This document shows, piece by piece, positions 28,759 through 37,654 of a stretch of DNA of 64,000 nt (the stretch's first letter is position 1; every line of letters begins with the position of its first letter). The position numbers and the translations under genes are program-made. Below the pieces are notes generated by a model. That model saw only the letters and a list, made by a program, of their open reading frames with translations, was not told where the DNA came from and did no database searches. This stretch comes from Rhodothermales bacterium (GTDB lineage: Bacteria > Bacteroidota > Rhodothermia > Rhodothermales > JABDKH01): the NCBI GenBank assembly GCA_963768565.1, contig CAVYIO010000031.1:29494-93493 (forward strand), in the 5' to 3' direction.

Positions 28759-29251
28759 ATGAAGATGAAACTCCTGGAGATCACATCCGACCGATTCCCC
28801 GACTGGCTGCAGCTTCGAGAGAAACTGTTTTCGGATCTCGATCGCGACCACCATCGCGAGGAGATGGCGTTGATCCATTCCTCTACCTGAGGCAACAGCC
28901 TTTCTCGGTGTTACAGAGGAAGGCGAGCCCGTGGGACTGATGGAGGTGTCGCTGCGTAACTTTGTGGACGGCTGCCTTGGCGGACCGGTGGGGTATGTCG
29001 AAGCCCTCTATCTCGAGGCGCCGTATCGAGGCAAGGGAGAAGGCCGCAACATGATCGGCTTTGCGGCCGACTGGTTTCGTGCGCGGGGTTGCCGTGACAT
29101 GGCGGCCGATGCTGATCTCGAAAACGTACTGGCCCAGAAGTTCTTTTCGTGTATCGGCTTCTCGGAGACATTTCGAATCGTACAATTCAAACGAACGCTC
29201 GAGAACGTGGCAGTGACCCGATCGACTAACGAAGACGAGGATATCGGATGA
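28759..29251 (+). CDS. GNAT acetyltransferase of the aminoglycoside 6'-N-acetyltransferase-like type; frame broken once
   Basis: The N-terminal 43 codons (MKMKLLEITSDRFPDWLQLREKLFSDLDRDHHREEMALIHSS) end at TGA 28888-28890. The +1 frame continues EATAFLGVTEEGEPVGLMEVSLRNFVDGC...YVEALYLEAPYRGKGEGRNMI (track ORF 28931..29251). Confidence 0.65.
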
Positions 29252-29625
29252 TTCAGAAGATCGCCTGGCTCGCTCTGGCGGGAGCACTCGGCACCGTCGC
29301 CCGCTACGCCCTGGCCGGACTGGTCCAGAATCTCACCGGCGCCGCCTTTCCATGGGGGACGGCGGCCGTCAACATCATCGGCTGTTTCTGGGCGGGACTC
29401 CTGTGGGCGCTGTTCGAAAATCGATGGACTGTATCAGGTGACACCAGAGTGCTCGTGTTGATCGGCTTCATGGGCGCTTTCACGACCTTTTCTGCGTTCA
29501 TGCTCGAGACCGGCGAATTGGTCCGGGCGTCCGAGTGGATGCACGCTGCCGGCAATGTCTTGCTGCAGAACGGACTAGGGTTCATTGCACTCTTCGCCGG
29601 CATCACCGTCGGCCGCATGGTATAG
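29248..29625 (+). CDS. crcB: Fluoride ion channel CrcB/FluC
   Basis: 125 aa with four TM segments. GALGTVARY and GFMGAFTTFSAF motifs. The start overlaps the upstream GNAT stop (ATGA). Confidence 0.9.
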   Translation: MIQKIAWLALAGALGTVARYALAGLVQNLTGAAFPWGTAAVNIIGCFWAGLLWALFENRWTVSGDTRVLVLIGFMGAFTTFSAFMLETGELVRASEWMHAAGNVLLQNGLGFIALFAGITVGRMV

Positions 29626-29641
29626 ATCGGAGGGTATCGAA

Positions 29642-29989
29642 ATGAAGCTCCCATCTGAAGCGTATCTGCTGCGCATCTTCGTCGGCGAGAGCGACCGTTC
29701 AGACGGCAAGCCACTGCACGAAGTGATCGTCAACGAGGCACGTGCTCGGGGTCTGGCCGGCGCAACGGTCATTCGCGGATTCATGGGTTTCGGGGCGAGC
29801 TCTCGCATTCATACGTCTAAGGTTCTCCGACTCTCGGACGATCTGCCCATCGTCATCGAGATCGTAGATGCCGAAGATCGAATCGAGGCCTTCCTTCCCG
29901 CTCTGGACGACCTGATCGACGAGGGACTTGTGACCCTGGAACGGGTCCGCGTCATTGCCTATCGGCACAGCAAAGAAGACGGATCATGA
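29642..29989 (+). CDS. DUF190 (PII-like) protein commonly linked to crcB
   Basis: Internal ATG of track ORF 29585..29989: MKLPSEAYLLRIFVGESDRSDGKPLHEVIV...ATVIRGFMGFG.... Confidence 0.75.
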   Translation: MKLPSEAYLLRIFVGESDRSDGKPLHEVIVNEARARGLAGATVIRGFMGFGASSRIHTSKVLRLSDDLPIVIEIVDAEDRIEAFLPALDDLIDEGLVTLERVRVIAYRHSKEDGS

Positions 29990-30522
29990 ATCAATTCACG
30001 TTCGACTGGCAGAGGTCCGAACACGCCCGCGTTACCAGCCTGCTGGTGCGCGAACTGTTTTCGTCCGGATTTCGACGGGTGATCAAATGGTCAGTGATTG
30101 CGATACTCGTGATCGAGTTCATGTTCGTTGTCGTCATGACGTTTATGGGAGAATATGATTCGGTGCTCAGATTGGGCCCGCTGGTAATCGTCGTTGGCAC
30201 ACTGGTATGGTTGTTCTACCCGATCACGGGGCAGATTCGGGCATGGCAGCTGCAGCATAGCGACCCCAACGTGAAGCATCCGATCACCCATACACTCGAT
30301 GAGGATGGCTACCACATTTCGACACGTACCGCCGATATCGACCTGAAGTGGCCGGGTATCTACAAGGTTCGGGAGACGCCGGAGTTTTTTCTTGTCTACT
30401 ACAGCAAGCGGCACGCGTACTATCTGCCGAAGCGGGTCTTTGTAAGGCCGGGCGATGCGTCCGAGTTCGCTACCCGGATCCGAGGTCGCTTGCCCGAATC
30501 GGTACTGTTTGAAGAGGGGTAG
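29986..30522 (+). CDS. YcxB-like membrane protein
   Basis: Two central TM helices, then the C-terminal pattern WPGIYKVRETPEFFLVYYSKRHAYYLPKRVF. The start overlaps the DUF190 stop. Confidence 0.5.
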   Translation: MNQFTFDWQRSEHARVTSLLVRELFSSGFRRVIKWSVIAILVIEFMFVVVMTFMGEYDSVLRLGPLVIVVGTLVWLFYPITGQIRAWQLQHSDPNVKHPITHTLDEDGYHISTRTADIDLKWPGIYKVRETPEFFLVYYSKRHAYYLPKRVFVRPGDASEFATRIRGRLPESVLFEEG

Positions 30523-30679
30523 CTCTGTGCGATATCAGCTAGCAGCGGGATGTAATGTTGCCTGAGTCCCGATTCGAAACGTAGCACGGGGACAGCACAA
30601 TGAAATTCCGGCGCTGCAGCTGACCCGCGCAAACCTGCCAGGATTTCTGGTCTGCAGGGTTCGCGAAAGGCGGGAGGAA

Positions 30680-31207
30680 CTAGCCGGCGAGGGTGGTCCG
30701 AATCTCGGCGACATCGTCATCGGTCAGCGTCGGCGCGAAATGTCTGAGTCGGTCAACGATATCCGTTGTGCCGAGGTACTCTTCCGCGCAGGCGAGATGG
30801 ATGTAGCCGCTCGGATTCAATCGGCCCTCGTCGTAATAAACCAGGCCCACCCGCCACGAATCCTTTTCGATGAACTCGCGGCACTGGCGACAGCGGGCGC
30901 GGCCGGTCGGGGAACGCCCCGCACCATCAGCGCGAGGAAGCCGGCGATGCTCCAGACCCGTTTTCGCAATGTCGCGCAACTGGTCCGCGTGTTCGATCTC
31001 GCTGTCGGTGATTTCCAGCGTTTCAAGAAGTACTTCGGGCCTCTTGTAGGCGCCGCACGAAAGGTGAAACCACAGTGTCATCTCACCTTCGCCGTACGGA
31101 TTCGGTAGTCGCTCACCCAGCCGCAGTTCGCCTTTTGCGATTGACTTGCCACATCCGCGGCACTTGGCGCGGCCGCTCGACGCCGTTTCGATCGAGTGTC
31201 CCATCAA
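30680..31207 (-). CDS. Protein composed of two PARP-type zinc fingers
   Basis: C-x2-C-x28-H-x2-C (CRGCGKSIAKGELRLG...TLWFHLSC) and C-x2-C-x27-H-x2-C (CRQCREFIEKDSWRVG...GYIHLAC). This spacing matches the PARP/DNA-ligase III zinc finger signature. Confidence 0.7.
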   Translation of the reverse strand: MMGHSIETASSGRAKCRGCGKSIAKGELRLGERLPNPYGEGEMTLWFHLSCGAYKRPEVLLETLEITDSEIEHADQLRDIAKTGLEHRRLPRADGAGRSPTGRARCRQCREFIEKDSWRVGLVYYDEGRLNPSGYIHLACAEEYLGTTDIVDRLRHFAPTLTDDDVAEIRTTLAG

Positions 31208-31350
31208 CCTAATCTATACGATGATGATGCCACTGTCCAGAACAACACAGCCGACCGCCGTGAATGAATTCGTGCTCCCTCGCTTGCTAACGTAGCCAAC
31301 GGAATTTGTACCTTCGTCCTTCAGTCTCTTAACTCGACAGAACACCTCTG

Positions 31351-33594
31351 ATGTCGGAAGTCGCCAGCCAGGAAGCCGGACGCCAGCGCGGTCATGGATT
31401 TGGAACGCTTCCGGTCTTTCTGACCGGAATCAGCACCATTCTTGGCGCAATCATGTTCCTGCGGTTCGGCTATGCCGTGGGCAACGTCGGCTTGATGGGA
31501 GCGCTGGGCATCATCCTGCTGGGTCACCTGGTGACGATTCCGACGGCACTGGCGCTGGCGGAAATTGCCACGAACAGGAAGGTCGAGGGCGGCGGTGAGT
31601 ACTTCATCATATCCCGTTCTTTCGGGAAGACTATTGGCGGCGTGATCGGGATGTCGCTGTACATCTCGCAAGCGGTATCCGTCGCGTTCTATCTGATTGC
31701 ATTCGCTGAGGCGTTCTCGCCACTCGCCGGGCCTTTCGAGCAGATGACGGGTGTCGCATTCGACCCGCGCATGGTATCTCTTCCTGCAACGATCGGCCTG
31801 CTGGTCCTCGTGTTCTTCAAGGGTGCGGCGCTGGGCGTGAAGGCGCTGTACGTGGTCGTGGCCACGCTTGCCGCTTCGCTCGTCCTGTTCTTTATGGGCG
31901 GGCCGGTAGAAGGATTCGAGAGTCAATCCGTTGGCTTCTATTCGACGGTGGCAAGTCCCGATGGCTTCTTCATCGTTTTCGCCATTTGTTTCCCGGCCTT
32001 CACGGGAATGACTGCCGGCGTGGGACTGTCGGGGGACCTTGCAAACCCGCGACGCTCGATACCCCGCGGTACTCTTGGGGCGACCTTTGTGGGGATGGTG
32101 GTCTACGTATTCATCGTAGCAAAACTCGCGTACTCGGCACCTGCGGAGCTGCTCTCCGGAGATCAGCTCGTCATGTCGCGCATTGCGCTGTGGGGCCCCA
32201 TCATCCCGATCGGCCTTGCCTGCGCCACGCTCAGCTCCGCCATCGGATCCGTCCTCGTGGCACCGAGAACACTGCAGGCCCTCGGCGAGGATGGGAGTGT
32301 TCGCATTGGCAACGTAAGCCGTTGGCTTGCCGCCGGCGTGGGCGAGGTCAACGAACCCCGGAATACTACGATTGTCACGGGAGTGCTTGCCGTGATCATC
32401 GTCGCGCTGGGCAACGTGGATGTCGTGGCGCGGCTGATCTCCATGTTCTTCATGGTCACCTACGGGTCTTTGTGCGCCATCAGTTTCCTGGAGCATTTTG
32501 CGGCCCGGCCGAGCTATCGACCAAGTTTTCGCTCCAGGTGGTACATCAGTCTTTTTGGCGCCGTCATCTGTCTTCTGATGATGTTCCAGATGGACCCGCT
32601 CTATGCCGTCTCTGCGCTTGCGCTGATGACAGCCCTGTACTGGTTCTTGTCACGCGGCCAGGCCGAAGGCGATCTTGCATCCATGTTCGAAGGCGTCATG
32701 ACGCAGGCGACGCGATATCTCCAGATCCGACTTCAGAGGAGAAAGCGGCACCTGACCGCCGCCGAGTGGCGGCCGTCCGTGATCATGGTTGACGATCGCA
32801 CATTCGACCGCCGGTCTCCCCTCATCTTCATGCGGTGGTTGTGTCACCGTTACGGATTCGGAACCTATCTCCATTACATCAAGGGTCACCTCGACGCCGA
32901 GGCGTATGCCGAGAGCCAGCAGATCAAGGGGCGCCTCGCGCGACTTGCACGACAGCAGCGCAGCAGTGTCTTCATGGACACGATAGTGAGCCCTTCGATG
33001 ACGTCTGCGCTTGCGCAAAGTCTTCAGGTGCCGGGTGTTTCCGGTCTGAGTAATAACACCGTCATGTTCGAGTTTGCTCGGACTGACCCCGACAGCGTCG
33101 CGAAGGAGGTAGCCCAGAACTGTCTGTTTGCCTCGAGTGTGCGATCTACGCTGCTGGTGCTGCGTCACGGTGATTTGCACTTCGGCGAACGAAAGACGAT
33201 TCACATCTGGCTGACGTGGAACGACAAGCAGAATGCGAACTTGATGATTCTGCTCTGCTACATCATACTGGGTCATCCCGACTGGGATGAGGGCGAGGTA
33301 CGTGTGTTTACCGCCCTGCCGGAGGATCAGCTGGAGGAGCAGCGCGAGTCGTTCCGCAAGCTGATGGCGGAGCGCCGCATCCCGATATCAGAGAAAAACA
33401 TCCGGTTTCTTTCGGTGAACAACGTGGAGGGCTACCGGCGGCTTGTCGGGCGCCTTTCGGCCGAAGCCGATCTGACGGTAGTCGGGTTCGATCTCAACGG
33501 ACTGCGAGATCGAAAAGAGGAGGTCTTCCGAAATCACCCGACGCTGAACGACGTGCTCTTTGTGTACTCATCGCAGAAGGTCGAGATCGAGTAA
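31351..33594 (+). CDS. SLC12/cation-chloride-cotransporter-like permease, second paralogue
   Basis: 747 aa. GFGTLPVFLTGISTILGAIMFLRFGYAVGNVG N-terminus, ~12 TM segments, and a large soluble C-terminal domain. Same architecture as 16865..19093. Confidence 0.8.
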   Translation: MSEVASQEAGRQRGHGFGTLPVFLTGISTILGAIMFLRFGYAVGNVGLMGALGIILLGHLVTIPTALALAEIATNRKVEGGGEYFIISRSFGKTIGGVIGMSLYISQAVSVAFYLIAFAEAFSPLAGPFEQMTGVAFDPRMVSLPATIGLLVLVFFKGAALGVKALYVVVATLAASLVLFFMGGPVEGFESQSVGFYSTVASPDGFFIVFAICFPAFTGMTAGVGLSGDLANPRRSIPRGTLGATFVGMVVYVFIVAKLAYSAPAELLSGDQLVMSRIALWGPIIPIGLACATLSSAIGSVLVAPRTLQALGEDGSVRIGNVSRWLAAGVGEVNEPRNTTIVTGVLAVIIVALGNVDVVARLISMFFMVTYGSLCAISFLEHFAARPSYRPSFRSRWYISLFGAVICLLMMFQMDPLYAVSALALMTALYWFLSRGQAEGDLASMFEGVMTQATRYLQIRLQRRKRHLTAAEWRPSVIMVDDRTFDRRSPLIFMRWLCHRYGFGTYLHYIKGHLDAEAYAESQQIKGRLARLARQQRSSVFMDTIVSPSMTSALAQSLQVPGVSGLSNNTVMFEFARTDPDSVAKEVAQNCLFASSVRSTLLVLRHGDLHFGERKTIHIWLTWNDKQNANLMILLCYIILGHPDWDEGEVRVFTALPEDQLEEQRESFRKLMAERRIPISEKNIRFLSVNNVEGYRRLVGRLSAEADLTVVGFDLNGLRDRKEEVFRNHPTLNDVLFVYSSQKVEIE

Positions 33595-33818
33595 GCGGCA
33601 AGGACGTTCTGGATCATTTTGTTTGCGTTCCTGCGCGTGAATGCCGTGTTGGACACGTCGTTCGCACCTCTGTGGAAGACAGCGTCGACGACGTCTCCAT
33701 TGCGCGTCCAGGAAAGTTCTGGTCGCGGTCCTGATGCTCGATAGAAATAGAAGATGTGCGGTGGCTTAGGTCGGGATTGCGAATCAACGCTTTGGGCTTC
33801 ATAGGAACGGCGAACGTC

Positions 33819-34517
33819 ATGGATGGCAATCGAGACAGAGACCGCCAGATCGTTGACTCGTGGAGCGCGAACGCGTCGCCGTGGATACGGGCAGTTCGGG
33901 ATCGAGACATCGAGAGCCGGAAACTTGTGACGGACCAGGCCATCGTCGATGCCGTCATGAACCGAAACCCGGGAACGGTGCTGGACCTCGGCTGCGGCGA
34001 AGGCTGGCTCGCACGGAAGCTACACGCGAGAGGTGTTGAAGTAACCGGCGTAGATGTCGTACCGGTTCTTGTCGATGCCGCAAGGCAAGCGGGTGCTGGC
34101 GACTTCTACACGATGTCGTACGAAGATGTAGCCGGGGGACGGCTCGAAGTCTCGGTCGATATTGTCGTGTGTAACTTCTCTCTTATCGGCGCTCAGGTCG
34201 TCGACGATCTGATCCACGCGACACCGTCTCTACTGAAGGCCGGAGGCACGTTAATCGTCCAGACTCTCCATCCGGTCGCGGCCTGCGGCGACCAGCCGTA
34301 CGTCAATGGTTGGCGCGAAGGATCGTGGGCGGGCTTCAGTAACGAGTTTACCGATCCGGCGCCGTGGTACTTCCGTACCATCGAAGGATGGACCGGTTTG
34401 TTCGAAGCGGCAGGGTTCTCCAGGATCGAGATCAGCGAGCCGGTTCACCCGGACACGCGGCTTCCCGCATCGATCATCTTCTGCGCGACGGTCAGTGAGG
34501 CGCAGGTTTCGCATTGA
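33819..34517 (+). CDS. Class I SAM-dependent methyltransferase
   Basis: Internal ATG of track ORF 33756..34517. SAM motif I VLDLGCGEGW and post-I acidic VTGVD. Confidence 0.75.
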   Translation: MDGNRDRDRQIVDSWSANASPWIRAVRDRDIESRKLVTDQAIVDAVMNRNPGTVLDLGCGEGWLARKLHARGVEVTGVDVVPVLVDAARQAGAGDFYTMSYEDVAGGRLEVSVDIVVCNFSLIGAQVVDDLIHATPSLLKAGGTLIVQTLHPVAACGDQPYVNGWREGSWAGFSNEFTDPAPWYFRTIEGWTGLFEAAGFSRIEISEPVHPDTRLPASIIFCATVSEAQVSH

Positions 34518-34597
34518 GCGGACGCTCTTTCTTGACACGGCGAGTGATTTCTCATTCCTTACGGGTGCGCACTCACGAATCCAGATCTCGAATCACA

Positions 34598-35014
34598 ATG
34601 GCTGAGCTCAAAACCAGGCTGAACGACGCAAGCGTAACCGACTTCCTCAACAATGTCGACGATGCGGAGAAACGCAAGGACTGCTTCGCACTTGTGGACA
34701 TGATGCGTGAGATCACGGGCGCGGAGCCGAAGATGTGGGGAACCGCCATTGTGGGTTTCGGGACGTACCATTATCGATATGCCAGCGGCCGCGAGGGCGA
34801 CTGGATGCAGGTCGGATTCTCGCCGCGAAAGCAATCCCTGACGCTCTACATCATGTCGGGCTTCTCACGCTACGACGAGCTCATGAAGAAGCTGGGCAAG
34901 CACAAGACAGGCAAGTCGTGTCTGTACGTGAAGAGATTGTCCGACGTTGATTTGGTTGTGCTGCGAAAACTGATCAAGCAGTCCGTGGCCCACGTGAAGA
35001 AGTCGAACGCCTGA
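34598..35014 (+). CDS. DUF1801 (YdhG-like) domain protein
   Basis: MAELKTRLNDASVTDFLNNV...MWGTAIVGFGTYHYRYASGREGDW...FSPRKQSLTLYI...GKSCLYVKRLSDVD: the characteristic family pattern. Confidence 0.75.
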   Translation: MAELKTRLNDASVTDFLNNVDDAEKRKDCFALVDMMREITGAEPKMWGTAIVGFGTYHYRYASGREGDWMQVGFSPRKQSLTLYIMSGFSRYDELMKKLGKHKTGKSCLYVKRLSDVDLVVLRKLIKQSVAHVKKSNA

Positions 35015-35365
35015 GTAGAGCTCTTCCCGGTGACTCGATCCTCGTCCGTCCTGGCCCGCACCAATCGTCAGAGCGAGCTTCCGCAGGGAGCGCGGCAATC
35101 CTGGACGGTGGCGTCGAGCACTAGTTCGGATCCGCACGCCAACCTGCGTCCTCCACGAAAACGGGATACCGGCCTCCGTCATTCGGGCAGTTGATTCTCT
35201 GGATATGCCTGAGCACCCCGACTTGCAAGATCTTCGCGCAACAGAATCCACTCGACAGGCCAGCGTGATGACCGCGCAATTGTCTCTGACGGGCTGACGG
35301 AAGAGCCACAGCGTTGTAAGTTAGCGCTGTCAGACGCCCTCATCTTCCGTCATGCGTGTATCCGA

Positions 35366-36859
35366 ATGAGCAACCTTCCGAAATACATCGCCGTCTGTAC
35401 TTGCCTGCTTGCGACATCGCTGGCTACGCAAGTCACATCTGCCCAGAAACGCGAACTACCGGTTGACACGACAATCACATCGCGTCACGAGGTGACCGTC
35501 AACGGGAACAAGGTCCCCTACGTCGCGACCGTTGGTACGCAACCGGTGTTCGGCGAAGATGGCGAACCCGTCGCGTCGCTCTTCTACACGTTCTACGAGC
35601 GATCTGACGTCACGGACCGCTCTCGACGCCCCCTGTTCATTTCGTTCAACGGGGGTCCCGGTTCAGGCTCCTTGTGGATGCATCTTGGGTATACAAGCCC
35701 CAAACAACTCATCATTGATGACGAGGGATATCCAGTGCAGCCGTACGGCGTGCGCGACAATCCGCACTCCATCATTGACGTCGCCGACATCGTGTACGTT
35801 AACCCGGTCAATACCGGCTTCTCGCGGATTCTGGGCGAGGCCGAACGCGAGCAGTTCTTTGGCGTCAACGAAGACGTAACCTACCTCGCTGACTGGATCG
35901 ACACGTTCATCTCCAGGCGCAAGAGGTGGACGTCACCCAAGTATCTCATTGGTGAGAGTTACGGGACTACGCGCGTCTCCGGTCTTGCCGGCAAGCTGCA
36001 GGGGTCGCACTGGATGTATTTGAACGGGGTGATCCTGGTTTCGCCGACCGGCCTTGGTATCGACCGCGGCGGTCCGGTCGGTCGCGCCCTATACCTGCCC
36101 TATTTCGCTGCTGCGGCATGGTACCACAAGCGACTGACGCCGGAACTCCAGAGTCGCGATCTGGAGGACCTTCTTCCTGAAGTCGAGACGTTCACATTGG
36201 ATAAATTCATCCCGGCACTTTCTCGCGGCGGCTTTATCAACGACGAGGAAAAACGGACAATCGCGGCTGCCGTCGCCCGCTACGCAGGTGTTTCCGAGAC
36301 GTTCGTTCTGGATAACAATCTTGCCGTAAGGGCCTCGTCATTCTGGAAAGAGCTTCTGAGGGATGAAGGATATACGGTCGGCCGACTGGACTCTCGCTAC
36401 CGCGGCATCGACCGCTCGAATGCCGGCGATCGATACGATTATCCGGCGGAACTCACATCATGGAATCACGCGTTTGCCCCGGCCATCAATCACTATCTGA
36501 GGGACGTGCTCGGCTTCGATACCGACTTGAGGTACTATCTGTTCGGTCCCGTGCATCCGTGGAATAACGAAAGAGATGACACCGGCGAGAATCTGAGACA
36601 GGCCGTCGCAGAGAATCCGTTTCTGCACGTCATGATTCAGTCCGGTTACTACGACGGCGCGACCGACTACTTCTCGGCAAAGTACACGATGTGGAATCTC
36701 GACCCGAGCGGACGTCTCAGCGACCGACTTCGATTCAAGGCGTACCGGAGCGGACACATGATGTATCTGCGAAAGGAGGATCTGAAGAGTTCGAACGATC
36801 ACATCCGGGAGTTCATTCGAGATTCGATGCCGGCCGAGGGTGAGCCTGCCAGGTATTGA
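35366..36859 (+). CDS. Serine carboxypeptidase, peptidase family S10, secreted
   Basis: Signal peptide. FNGGPGSGSLW and catalytic GESYGTTRV motifs. Confidence 0.85.
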   Translation: MSNLPKYIAVCTCLLATSLATQVTSAQKRELPVDTTITSRHEVTVNGNKVPYVATVGTQPVFGEDGEPVASLFYTFYERSDVTDRSRRPLFISFNGGPGSGSLWMHLGYTSPKQLIIDDEGYPVQPYGVRDNPHSIIDVADIVYVNPVNTGFSRILGEAEREQFFGVNEDVTYLADWIDTFISRRKRWTSPKYLIGESYGTTRVSGLAGKLQGSHWMYLNGVILVSPTGLGIDRGGPVGRALYLPYFAAAAWYHKRLTPELQSRDLEDLLPEVETFTLDKFIPALSRGGFINDEEKRTIAAAVARYAGVSETFVLDNNLAVRASSFWKELLRDEGYTVGRLDSRYRGIDRSNAGDRYDYPAELTSWNHAFAPAINHYLRDVLGFDTDLRYYLFGPVHPWNNERDDTGENLRQAVAENPFLHVMIQSGYYDGATDYFSAKYTMWNLDPSGRLSDRLRFKAYRSGHMMYLRKEDLKSSNDHIREFIRDSMPAEGEPARY

Positions 36860-36946
36860 CCCAAACCCGGGCGCACGGAGACCGGCCGGACCTGTCGGTC
36901 ACTTTGCGCGCTGCCCGTCACCTCTAGCGACAGGGGTCGCCTCCCG

Positions 36947-37576
36947 ATGAAGGTCAACACGAACGCCTGGAATCGCCTGAGATATAACGCCTACGCGCCG
37001 GTGTACGATCTGATTGCCCGCCCTTTTGTACGGGCTCGGAAGCGTTCGATTCAGCTCCTCGACCTTCAGCCCAACTCCGATGTGCTGATCGTCGGCGCCG
37101 GCACTGGACTTGACTTCCCGCTGCTTCCCCGGACGGCGCACATCCTGGCAGTCGATCTGTCACCGAGCATGGTACAGCGGGCCTCGGAGCGGGCTGCGCG
37201 CCTCGAGTTGGATGCAGACTGTCGCGTGATGAATGCCGAAGTACTGGATCTCCCGGACGAATCGTTCGATGCCGTGATTCTCCATCTCGTGCTGGCTGTT
37301 GTACCTGACCCTGACGCATGCATCCGCGAGGCCGCCCGTGTGCTGAAATCGTCGGGTCGTATTGCGATCTTCGACAAATTTCTTTCAGATGGGGTCCGCC
37401 CCTCTTTGTCGCGGAGAGTACTCGGAATGTTAGCGAATGCGCTGTTCTCTGATATCAACCGTCGCCTGGGTCCACTCCTTGCGCAGGGTGGTCTGGAGAT
37501 ACTCAGGGAAGAGCCATCGATTGCGTCGGGCGCCTACGTTATCGTGGTGGCCGGAAAGGTCGGTCATCGCCAGTAG
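36947..37576 (+). CDS. Class I SAM-dependent methyltransferase
   Basis: VLIVGAGTGLDF (motif I), AVDLSPSM, and FDAVILHLVL. Confidence 0.7.
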   Translation: MKVNTNAWNRLRYNAYAPVYDLIARPFVRARKRSIQLLDLQPNSDVLIVGAGTGLDFPLLPRTAHILAVDLSPSMVQRASERAARLELDADCRVMNAEVLDLPDESFDAVILHLVLAVVPDPDACIREAARVLKSSGRIAIFDKFLSDGVRPSLSRRVLGMLANALFSDINRRLGPLLAQGGLEILREEPSIASGAYVIVVAGKVGHRQ

Positions 37577-37654
37577 TCCGATCGAACGAGTGTTCGACAT
37601 ATGAGTCGGACGTACCTTCAGAACACACTTCATCACAAAACAAATAACGGCAGG

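Noticed and set aside
28700-29250. Looked for a fluoride (crcB-motif) riboswitch ahead of crcB
   Set aside because: crcB starts inside the stop of the upstream acetyltransferase gene, and only 36 nt precede that gene. I could not find the conserved riboswitch core by eye. This needs an Infernal scan to be definitive.
31321-32496. 391-aa minus-strand ORF overlapping the second SLC12-like gene
   Set aside because: Same reasoning: an Arg/His/Gln-rich antisense artefact, with a convincing transporter on the plus strand.
35124-35133. gttcggatcc resembles a tRNA T-loop (GTTCGAATC)
   Set aside because: The surrounding bases cannot form a T-stem or an acceptor stem. No cloverleaf is evident.
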